Positions 50,201 to 62,800 of a stretch of 64,000 bases of DNA are shown here, in pieces. Source of the DNA: Lingula anatina (lineage: Eukaryota > Animalia > Brachiopoda); contig CM120645.1 of the NCBI GenBank assembly GCA_051362555.1, positions 24,580,934-24,644,933 of the forward strand, read 5' to 3'. The notes below the pieces were generated by a model. It saw nothing but the letters and a program-made list of their open reading frames with translations. It was not told the DNA's origin and did no database searches. Position numbers and translations under genes: made by a program. Position 1 is the stretch's first letter, and each line of letters begins with the position of its first letter.

Positions 50201-53200
50201 AACACAGACAACATTACAATGTAATAGTTAACAGCCACTCTTTTTGAAGTATCACTGGAAACAAATGGCATTGTTAACTTATATCCTGGTAAAGTGGCAA
50301 CATGGGTAATGTATAGAATGCCTGTCACGCAGCTCTTGGAAATTGACAGTCATTTAAGTTTCACTTTTGTCCATCAAGTGAGCAGTCTCAGCATGCAGGC
50401 TATTGATCATGTTACTGTTACTTCTCAGGTTCTGAGTAGACTGCCTCATTATCACTTGACAGGATAGAAAGCTATTGTCTTTATTTGATAGCACATTTTA
50501 TTGATCTGTTTTAAAAAAATTGCACATGCTGTTATATTAAAGCAGTTATTTTATATTAAAGGCTATCAGCTTTCCACGTGAACCGTAGTCTTGTCATACT
50601 CAGTTATCACCCTGTTTTTCTGAGTTTTACTTCTTAAATGAATACAGTTTGGTTCAACATATTAGATGTGGGTATTGAAATTTAATTTTTGCAATACATT
50701 ACCTTGACAAATAAAAAAGAAATAAACCTAAGACTAATTTTCTTGATAGTAAACTATGCATACAGTCCCTTTGATGTAATTGTTTGAATTGTTGTAGTTC
50801 TCTGTAGATTAAAAAAAAAAAACTTATTCTTCATGGTGTTAGTGTGTTTATCTTTCTAGGTAGTTCACCCAAAATCAGATGAGCAAAGAAAACGTCTCAG
50901 TGAAGCGGTGAAGAATATTCTTATCTTCAGGTCCTTAGATATTGTAAGTTAAAGATTTGGGGAAAATATCATATTTCGACATGCTTTATTTGACTATTTT
51001 CAGTGCATATCATGCAAACATTGTTCAGTAACATTTGACCTATAATTTGACCTATTATGTTGTAAATTACAATAAAAGAAATTATGTACATCAATGCAAT
51101 TTAATTGATTAATTTGACATTTTGGTTCTTAAATTGAACTGTTCCTCTCAGTTTGTTTGTATTTACCAGTTGAATCACTCTGGATCCTCAGTTCCTCTCA
51201 GCTCAACCAGATAACTGTCATATAGCTTTTCACTGTTGTTAATTCCAGGAACAGATGCAAGAAGTTATTGATGCAATGTTTGAGAAGAAGGTAGGTCCAC
51301 TTGATGATGTTCTGATATAGGCTGGCAGGAAGGGAGGGGGATATTGTTTTTATATTGTCTGTATTATGTTTGTGTGTAAATGTAGAGGAGTGTTGTAAAG
51401 CCATACAGTCCCACATGAGTCCAGGCTGTATTATGTTTGTGTGTAAATGTAGAGGAGTGTTGTAAAGCCATACAGTCCCACATGAGTCCAGGCTGTATTA
51501 TGTTTGTGTGTAAATGTAGAGGAGTGTTGTAAAGCCATACAGCCCCACATGAGTCCAGGCTGTATTATGTTTGTGTGTAAATGTAGAGGAGTGTTGTAAA
51601 GCCATACAGTCCCACATGAGTCCAGGCTGTATTATGTTTGTGTGTAAATGTAGAGGAGTGTTGTAAAGCCATACAGTCCCACATGAGTCCTGGCTGTATT
51701 ATGTTTGTGTGTAAATGTAGAGGAGTGTTGTAAAGCCATACAGTCCCACATGAGTCCTGGCTGTATTATGTTTGTGTGTAAATGTAGAGGAGTGTTGTAA
51801 AGCCATACAGTCCCACATGAGTCCTGGCTGTATTATGTTTGTGTGTAAATGTAGAGGAGTGTTGTAAAGCCATACAGTCCCACATGAGTCCTGGCTGTAT
51901 TATGTTTGTGTGTAAATGTAAAGGAGTGTTGTAAAGCCATACAGTCCCACATGAGTCCTGGCTGTATTATGTTTGTGTGTAAATGTAGAGGAGTGTTGTA
52001 AAGCCATACAGTCCCACATGAGTCCTGGCTGTATTATGTTTGTGTGTAAATGTAGAGGAGTGTTGTAAAGCCATACAGTCCCACATGAGTCCTGGCTGTA
52101 TTATGTTTGTGTGTAAATGTAGAGGAGTGTTGTAAAGCCATACAGTCCCACATGAGTCCTGGCTGTATTATGTTTGTGTGTAAATGTAGAGGAGTGTTGT
52201 AAAGCCATACAGCCCCACATGAGTCCTGGCTGTATTATGTTTGTGTGTAAATGTAGAGGAGTGTTGTAAAGCCATACAGCCCCACATGAGTCCTGGCTGT
52301 ATTATGTTTGTGTGTAAATGTAGAGGAGTGTTGTAAAGCCATACAGTCCCACATGAGTCCTGGCTGTATTATGTTTGTGTGTAAATGTAGAGGAGTGTTG
52401 TAAAGCCATACAGTCCCACATGAGTCCTGGCTGTATTATGTTTGTGTGTAAATGTAGAGGAGTGTTGTAAAGCCATACAGCCCCACATGAGTCCTGGCTG
52501 TATTATGTTTGTGTGTAAATGTAGAGGAGTGTTGTAAAGCCATACAGTCCCACATGAGTCCTGGCTGTATTATGTTTGTGTGTAAATGTAGAGGAGTGTT
52601 GTAAAGCCATACAGCCCCACATGAGTCCTGGCTGTATTATGTTTGTGTGTAAATGTAGAGGAGTGTTGTAAAGCCATACAGTCCCACATGAGTCCTGGCT
52701 GTATTATGTTTGTGTGTAAATGTAGAGGAGTGTTGTAAAGTCATACAGTCCCACATGAGTCCAGGCTGAGGCAGAAACAGTGTGAGGAGGTCATTCACTG
52801 AGGTAGTGCTAGCAATTTTTTTAGCTTAGCCTAATCGCCACTTTTTTTTCAATTTGTTATCCAGATGGTTATAATTTGACTAAAACAAGTCAAATCAAGC
52901 CCTTTTTGTTTAGCCAGTATAAGTCAGTTTTAGCATTTGGCTAAATTGGTGAGTGTTAGTGCTACCCCAGATTCACATTGACAGTTTACTAAGATAACAG
53001 TAGATTATGTGTGTTTGGCTTATATGTAGGTCTATTCCTGCTTCCATGGATAAGATAAATGAAATTCATCTATATTTTCTATTGTAGCATAGCTGCCATT
53101 GGCTAAGAACAATAGCTAGTATAGCTAAATGGCTCTGTCTGGCAAATGATTTTACTAGCTTTATGTCATAGCATCAAAACACCTGCTGCTGTCTTGGGCA

Positions 53201-56200
53201 GAGCTAAATAACTGTCCCTGTAATCAGCCTTTAGTATTAAGTTGCCTTTCCATGAAACACATGTTAAAGCTAGAAAACAAAACAAGACTGAGAAGCTTCA
53301 TATATGAGTCACTAGTTCTCTCTCCCATTGTAATCCTTCTATATTGGAACCATTCTTGGAGCAGTACAGTTAATTGATTTTTTCAAATGTCCTGTTATTG
53401 ACAAATTTGGGTTCAAACTATTTGTTTGTTAAAGGGATAACTGTTTGTCAATACATTGCAAACCACTCACAGAATATAGAAAATTTCAATTTGCCTCCAA
53501 AACAATTATAGCAATTATTCTGGAATCTGTGCTTGCCATCAAACCATATGGACCTTCATAGATGGCTACACTTCCATAATTATCTTTCAAGAGATTATTA
53601 CAAAAAAAAAAATAAATTAACATAGGCTAACTTTGAATGTTGGAATGGAGGCATTTACCATTGTTGATTATAAGAAAGTCATTGTTTCCCTAGGAAAATC
53701 CGTTTTTTGCCAAAACGAATATTTGTTATCCCTTCAAGTTGATTGAACTTAAATAGGAATAATTATTATGAAAGCTTTTTTTAGATGATTGCATAACTTC
53801 ATGTAGATCCTGTTATGTTCTCTGCATGAAGTAATGTAAAACATTGGCCCTTGCGTAGTAGATAATATATTTTTATAGTAGATAATATATAGTAGATAAT
53901 ATATGGTAGATTATATATATAGTAGATAATATAGAGTAGCTGATATCTGGCCTGATGCTATCAGCACCCAATGGTCCTGTCCACTAAGGTCAAGGTGCCT
54001 TGGGAGAGAACAGTGAGCTGGAGATTGCCTGGATAATGAATATGTATGAGAAAAAAAGTAATAGAAGAAAGGGCAAGCCACTGATCAGAACTGATTAACA
54101 TCTAAATGCAGTAATCTAAATAATCTGTGGCACCTCTCAGTTTGGATCAGTGGTAGAGAAAAGAAGAGAAACCAGGACTATATTGGATTATGTGTACAAT
54201 CCAGTATTTAGGACTGGTGTCAGTTTTGTCATGGTCAGAATTGCTACTGAGTTATCCATGGTTGTATTGATGGGTTAGGATAGTTTCTCATGTGGTTAGC
54301 AGAGAAAATAATAAAGGAAAAAAAGGAGCTCATATCTCTACATAAGCAGTAGTTTCAACTGTGCATTGACATTGAAGCTAATACAGTCAAGAGTTTGTGT
54401 AAGAGCAGCATATCATTTACAGTGTGAACACAACCAGTGCAATTCATAAACATTTTATGGGAAGACCGCAAAGTGATTATGACAGATTATTAATAAATAG
54501 TCAGATGTTCCCTATAATTATTATAATAGTACATTTTGTCTGCTCATGTAATCAATGCACATTACCAGGTGTCTTGTCTGCTGCGTGACCATCTTTATGT
54601 ATATATAGTTCAAGGATTGCAGTGTATGCACAGACATATTTCTTCCTTATGTTTAGTTTATTCTTTGATGACCATTCCTATTGCACATGGATGTATTCAT
54701 GCATGCAAATGCTCACATTTACTCTCCTCTCTCTACTTCACAGAGATGCAGTTTCAATGTATGTGTGACTCAATGTAGCATTTTGTGGCCTTTAGGTCTA
54801 TTGAACCTATGAAATTGGGAGCCATTACAAGCAATCAGCAAATGCATTTTGCTGCTGTTCATCCTCACTTCAAAGACCATTAATTGTTTTCCAGATGGTC
54901 TCGCTTGAAAGGCCAGTGGTAATTATTTACCAGATGGAATCTACTTAACCCACTGTTTTAATATATTTATGAATTGAGCAGCGTGATAAAATGTGGATCT
55001 GCTGGTTCTGAGATGTTGGACATGTACTGTAGATGGCACCACAATGCAACTCTGAAACCAGAATGAATCCCTTTTTGGGATATCCCAGACACTCGAATCA
55101 AGGAATATCTATCCTTGCTGGGATAACTTGGATACAAGGATCGGGAATGATATCCATTCTTACTGGGATGAACTGGGTCATTAGAGGTCATCTAGTATTG
55201 TACAGATATGAGGGGATGAACTGGGTCGGTAGAGGTCATCTAGTATTGTACAGATATGAGGGGATGAACTGGGTCATTAGAGGTCATCTAGTATTGTACA
55301 GATATGAGGGGATGAACTGGGTCATTAGAGGTCATCTAGTATTGTACAGATATGAGGGGATGAACTGGGTCATTAGAGGTCATCTAGTATTGTACAGATA
55401 TGAGGGGATGAACTGGGTCATTAGAGGTCATCTAGTATTGTACAGATATGAGGGGATGAACTGGGTCATTAGAGGTCATCTAGTATTGTACAGATATGAG
55501 GGGATATGAACTGATGAGTTACATTGATATACATTCAGCAGTTTTATCCCTATGGAAATCATTAGGAAAGCCTAATTTCTAATTACATTGATCACAGTAA
55601 TTTTTATGATGAGCAAAATTAACTAAGTCTGTATAAATATATTAAAATATATCACCACTGAGGCCTACGTACTTGGGTGTTTCAGGAGGAAAATCTACGT
55701 TTCCTGTTACTGCATTGTTATGTTCATGATACCTGTAATTTGTGTTAATTTTTCCATTCAAAATTCTAGACAGTTATGTTTTTTTTTTATACCCTATACC
55801 AATCTGAACAATATAAAATGAGCTTTTCTCCTATTTCTACATGAAATTTTGAAGTCATAAGCACATAGTCATTTTTGATTGGAAGTAAATTGATTAAATG
55901 ATTAGGCTATACTTTGAGTGAAGATGGCACACAAATATTTCCTTTAATAACATTTTGTAATTCTCCATATTCACTCCTGGAGCAAACTTATTTAGCATTT
56001 AGTAATTTCATAGCTGGACTTGAATGTCATAGCTTCTTGAGTTGCACAGAAATCTGTTTGCTATGGTGTGGAGTCTCTCCAGGTTTTATCCAATAAATTC
56101 CCCATTGTTGAATAAAGCACTAGTCTAAAGGTGGTCACTACCCCCCAGGGAGACGAGACTGGTGATTTGCCGCTCACTTGCATTTCATTCCAATTAATCT

Positions 56201-59200
56201 TTGCCAGCACTCTGGACCCTGAAGTTCTGCAGGGGTTTGCTGGTTGGGCTAAGCAGCCAGCCACTGGGAAATTGCTACTATTGATCAGGTGCTTGTTATG
56301 GGCTCAGATGGTAAATGGCTAAGTTGGAGTAGAATTCAAGGAAAAGGGATTGTTCCCTTTGAGGCCTGTGTGACTGCATTCACTGTAAAGGGTAACATTT
56401 CGTAAAATTGAAAAAAAAATGTAACAGTAATTTGTCAGGACAAGAGAGGACATGTCTTTGTACGCGTGTATTCACATTTCTGTCTGTAGTGGTTTTGTGA
56501 GATGGGTATATATAATACAGTATATATGTGAGATGGGCATATATAATACAGTATATCTGTGAGAGGGGTATATATAATACAGTATATATGTGAGATGGGT
56601 ATATACGATAAAGGATTTCTACAAAAGTTTATACGATAAAATTTTTCAAAATAGATGTGATTTTGTTGTAAATTAAATTCTTGTCTTGTCAATTCCAGAC
56701 ACAGCCCAATGAACATGTGATAGACCAGGGAGATGATGGAGACAATTTTTATGTTATAGACAGGTAAGAAGATTTCTATGTTATAGATAGGTAAGAAGAT
56801 TTCTATGTTATAGACAGGTAAGCAGAAGATTTCTATGTTGTAGACAGGTAAGAAGATTTCTATGTTATAGACAGGTAAAAAGATTTGTATGTTATAGACA
56901 GGTAAGCAGAAGATTTCTATGTTATAGACAGGTAAGCAAAAGATTTCTATGTTATAGACAGGTAAGCAAAAGATTTCTATGTTATAGACAGGTAAGAAGA
57001 TTTCTATGTTATAGACATATAGAAGGTAATAAGACTGATAGAAACACATTAGTATGTCTTAAATATCATTGAATGTAGTTTTAAAGACCAGTAAACATTC
57101 TCTGATATGAAGTTTTTATTTCCACAAAATGCTGGCTTCACTCTTTAAGTGATATGAAATCTGTACAGGATGTTAAAAGTCAAAAACACTGAAAAAATTC
57201 AAGATAGATCCAACGAAATAAGTCGGCAACATTATAACCGATTGAGAGGCAGAAGTTTTTTTTTTTTTTTGCAAATGTTCATGAGTAAAAGGTTCTGCCA
57301 TTTGCTCGAGAAATTTTGCTTTTGCGATGGAGAGTGAAGAAGAACAATGTTGTTTTAATTTTAAGTTTTTTCATTTATTTATTTATTTGTCCACTCATTG
57401 GTTTGATGACAATTTGATTATTTAGTAAAACGAAACTAAGGTCTTGGTAAAAATAATCTTATTGGTCAAAGCAAAAGGCAATTGTGCACTGAGGTTATTT
57501 TGTTTATACATTCATTGCTGGTTCACTTCATGCAGTGTTCTCTTGATATATATACATATAATTTGTATGGATATAGTAATGCTCTAATGGGAAGTTTGTG
57601 TTCTGTTTTAGTGGTACCTATGACATCTATGTTGATGACAACCTTGTTGGTGCTTATGAAAACCAAGGCAGCTTTGGAGAACTTGCCCTGATGTACAACA
57701 TGCCCAGGGCAGCCACTATCATTGCCACCTCTGCAGGGAGCATCTGGGCCATGGTAAGACACTAGGGCTTCGTTCACATGCAATATCTATTTTCTAAAAA
57801 TCTATTTTCTATTCACGGTATATCTTGTGATCACGGTCTGTGCCCTGAACATCCCGTGGCGTAATTACTGGCAGCGCGAGCCAGTTACTTCCAAAGCTGT
57901 AATTAATTCTCGGCGCTGCCAGTAATTACGCTGCGGGGTATTCAGGGCACAGACCATGATTACAAGATACCGCAAATAGAAAATAGATTTTTAGAAAATA
58001 GACATTGCATGTGAACGAAGCCTAGGACTGGCTTCTCATACCTAGATTGATCTAACAGGATGAATCCATCTCCCAGGGTTTTTTTCGTTAAATTGCATTC
58101 AGTTTAAGTGGCTTAGATGTCTGGCATGCCTACTGAAGCTGCTTAACAATAATAAATTACCCCATAGCAGCTTCAGCATGCATGACAGGCAATTTAGTGA
58201 GAATCCCCTTAGAAATAGATCGATCCACAGTTAGTAGGATAGGATCTGGGAATGGTCCCTATGTCTTAGATGTAGGCATTGTTTTAACTTGATATAGTGG
58301 GGTAGGATAACAAATACATATTTTGTTACAGCAGATTCATCATGGCTCAAATACTACATGGTCACCAAGCCAACAGATATCTTTATTATCAGCAGGGATT
58401 TCTTGGAGTGTGGGGATGGATTAATTCACAAAACAGTGTTTTTATCTAACTGCTTCAAATTTTGACATCACCACTATTTGTGTCATTTCATGACATTGTG
58501 ACCAAATAAAGTGATGTTATACTTGTGTTTTCACTTCCTACCATGTGTCTGACCTGGGTCTAAAGACCAGCTGGCATTTTCTCCCATGTCAATATCTATT
58601 CAGCCCTGTATTCATTATTTTTTATCTGGAACTGCATTACATTTAATGGCTTTCTGATGAACCTATACTGAACATTATAGCAGCAGATAATCCCTAGTTA
58701 AGTGGTATCATTGTAAGATAGAGAGGACACAGAATGGCTATTGTTGTAGCAGACCTCCCAGAGGGTCTAGCTACCTAGGGTAAATGACGTCAAGGTTGCC
58801 CTCAGACCTATGAAATAGGCTGCTAGCACAGAAATCTTGACCTGGTCAACTGGTACTGTTCCAAGAGATCTTTATGGATGTCATATCATCTCAGATGTGT
58901 AGAATGAGGTACAGATAGGGGAAGAAAGGGGAGGGGGAGAGAGAGAGAGACTTGATTTTTCCCCTGTATAACTCAGATAGTAATAACCATTATTTTGCTA
59001 TATACTCCAGTGGTTTTCTGTTAGCCTCACTGCACAAAGACATGGTAGTCTGTGGGGAGACATCAGTCTGTGATACATTATGTATTCAGAGTCCCAGCTT
59101 TTAGTGGCAATCAGCTGAATACTTTATAACAGTGCCATGTGTTTGGCGCCTGGTGTATGAGACAATATACACAGGTGCCAGCATAGCCTCTATGCCATCC

Positions 59201-59799
59201 ATTGCCTGGTGCATAAGGTTATCAAAAGCTGATTTAGTTTTGAGAAATATTACTCCTGAAGATGGTGTAAATTTTATTTTCCATTTTATCCCTCTCTCCT
59301 TTCCTCCAGGCCAGTGTTTTGTGATAGAGATACACCTCCTTACAATTTACTGTTGGGCTCTGCCTAAAGATATTTTCTTTAGCTTCAACATTTTTCTGTT
59401 GATAATCCTGAAATAAATATTTTACTTCCTTGCAAAAGGGTAAAGGTGGAGCCGAGCACAGCATGGGGGTTGTACATGTTCTTATAGAAATGTAGTGATT
59501 TTAATTTTTTTTATTTTTATCTAGGACCGTCATACATTCAGAAGAATAGTACTCAAAAATGCCTTTAACAAGAGGAAAATGTATGAAAACTTGTTAGAAA
59601 CTGTGCCTATGCTCAAGACACTAGAGGTAAGGAAGAATCAAGATTTGTTCAATGGCAGAAATGCATAAAAACTCATGTTTTTGCTTACATTGGTGTGTAA
59701 CATATATGTGCAGGAGTACGGGTTCTTGCACGCATGCGTGCACATGTGGACATACACATGATCTCACACACATGGCAAAATGATTTATGTGAGTGTGCG

Positions 59800-59853
<54 letters not shown>

Positions 59854-62800
59854 CTTAGAAAGGAGAGCTGGCAGCCATTGCTGCTTATGTGTCTGAATCC
59901 TAAGTCCATTAACATTTAGCCTGTCATTAAAAGAAATAATGTAATAGATAGGGAAATACCTGTTGTTAAATATGATACCATGTGCTTCTGTAGTTACAGA
60001 AACATGCTATCTGCAGGTATACTCACCAACATTTATTATGACCAAGTACAGGGGAAAACTTGACTGGAATGTATTTTTGGAGGGTCCTAATTTTACTGAA
60101 TGTCTAAATTGGACTTCTGTTGTTTATTTTGAGAAAGACGTAACTATGCTGTCAATTTATAAGCGCTCTACCAGATGCTAGTTTTGACATACATACATAT
60201 TGGAAAAATTATTCCCAAGTCAGATAACTCAAGATTACATTACATTGCGTGCATGAATATATCAGACAAGTATTTTATAAAGCTAATTAACTGTTGATAG
60301 TATTTAGCTGAATCATCTTTGTATTGATTTTCTCCTTCAGCCTTATGAGAGAATGAATGTAGCTGATGCCTTGATCTCAAAGACATATGAAGATGGAACA
60401 CAAATTATCAAGCAGGTAATACAGCCACTGCATAAACCTGACATCAGTAGATGTAGTACACATACAGACTTTAACTGATCTTCATTCATATACAAACTTA
60501 AACAGATGGGTAACCTTCCATGGGTTTAACTATACAAAGCCCTGTATGGCTATTATAGATACAGATGTTTAAAATATTCTTTGTCATATGAAAAGAACCC
60601 ATGACTGTCTTCCTGTCAATATTGTTAATTATGACAACTTGAAGTAGGCAGAGCTCTGAGGCAGGTGTTCCCATACTGTTTGTGCAGGTCACAGCGGGTG
60701 GTAGTGCAGGTACAACTTTAGTCTCATTTCTTCATCCACCTCTCAATGGTCATTTCATTAATATTTTCACTTTATTACTTCTTGTCATAGAGGAGGTTGG
60801 GCAGCCAGTCTCCCTACACATTGTCTCCCACAGCCCCCCCCCCCCCCCCAACCCCCATTGATTTACATATAAGGTACCCCTTTTGTCAGCTTCAAGTAGG
60901 CTCCTGGGTAAAATACAAGTAAGGTTCACAAAGTTAGTGAACTCCTTCTCAGGGTACTCTACCCCAGTGTGATGTATTTCTCAGTATCTTCTACTTCGGT
61001 GTGTTGTATTTCCAGGGAGACACAGCAGACTGCATGTATTTTGTAGAGTCAGGAGAAGTGAGGATCACTGTGAAGGTAAGTGGGTAGTAGGCTTGTAGTC
61101 ATGTGTGCAGTATTTATATAGGACAGATGTGTCACCCAGTCAACACATTTATATCACTGTGATGTGTTAACTGTGTCACCCAGTCAACACATTTATATCA
61201 CTGTGATGTGTTAACTGTTTCACCCAGTCAACACATTTATATCACTGTGATGTGTTAACTGTGTCACCCAGTCAACACATTTATATCACTGTGATGTGAG
61301 TTGTGTCCTCCCATAATTGTGATAAACAGATTTTGTAAGGCAACAAGTACTGAAATATTTTGGTCGTTTTTGTTGAGTGTCAATTAACTTAATTTGACAG
61401 TAAATCTACATGTTCATCTATATTTTACCTACATGTCACCTCTGTTTCAAACTTTTCTTTCTTTTATGTGTTGAAATTATTTCTTTTTTCAGAATGATAG
61501 TAATGACGAAAAGGAAGTAAACAGGATAAAGACAGGCGGTTACTTAGGAGGTAAGACACTTAATGTCACTAGCAGACCCTAAATGTCACTAACAGACCTT
61601 AAATATCACTGGCAGGATTTAAATGTCACTAGCAGGCCTTGCATATAACTGGAAGACCTTATATGTCAGATACAGAACCTAAATATCACTGGCAGAACTC
61701 AAATATCACTGGCATAATTTTGATATCACAAGCAAGTCTTAAATATCACTGGCAGAACTCAAATATCACTGGCATAATTTTGATATCACAGGCAAGTCTT
61801 AAATATCACTGGCAGAACTCAAATATCACTGGCATAATTTTGATATCACAGGCAAGTCTTAAATATCACTGGCAGACCTTAAATATCACTGGCATAATTT
61901 TGATATCACAGGCAAGTCTTAAATATCACTGGCAGACCTTAAATATCATATGACACCACTTGGCTATCAACCATGGGTTGATTATGCTGGTAAGGTGGTA
62001 GTTTATATGACTTATATATATTTATAGTTAAATTGTCAACAAGTTGTTGGTGATATGGACCTTTCACACATATACAGACAGTATATATATATATATATGT
62101 ATTACTTTGAATTTCCAGAGCTGGCACTTCTAACCCACAAACCAAGGGCGGCGTCTGCGTATGCTGTGGGTACTACTAAGTGTGCAGGTACCCTAGTCAT
62201 TTCTACACACTCTTTTATTGGAATAGAGGAAAAAACATTTCATATACATGAAACCCCATATTTTTTTTCAATTTTTACAAAATTGCAGGATGATAATTTG
62301 GATATGAAGACTATGCAAAAGGAGTGATGTTTGAGATGGAGTGTTTTAAAATATGAAATGGGGAAGGATTATTCGTTTAACTATTGTTGAAATGGTTGAT
62401 TTTGTGTAATTCCAAAGTGTGGAGCTCTTCTAGGGACCATTCCCACAGATATTTGGATTGATCTATCTTCCTGGGGAGTCTTACTAAATTGCCATCAACT
62501 TTACTGACTTAAATGTCTGTCACGCCTAGTAAAGCTGTTAGGGGGTAATTATCTCTACCCCCTAACTGATTCGGTAGGCGTGACAGACATTTAAGTCAGT
62601 TAGTTGATAGCAATTTAGTGAGACTCTCCAGGGAGTTAGACCGATCCAGATGGATCGATCTAGGCATGGGAAGAGGCTGTTCCACTTTTCTTTAGTATTA
62701 TAAAATTACGTGTTTATGTATATTCTTATAGCATCCATCTGTATTTCAGTGCTTGATGTTCAAGCTTTTGAGCGTCTCCTGGGGCCTTGCATGGATGTCA

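Noticed and set aside
20375-52768. Regularly spaced repeats as possible CRISPR arrays
   Set aside because: They are head-to-tail units with no unique spacers, there are no cas genes, and the context is eukaryotic intron.
55033-55509. 158-aa ORF with 16-aa repeats
   Set aside because: Product of a 48-bp minisatellite.
56435-57049. 204-aa minus-strand ORF (PVYNIEIF repeats)
   Set aside because: Antisense reading of the donor-spanning 27/30-bp repeat and a PRKAR2 exon.
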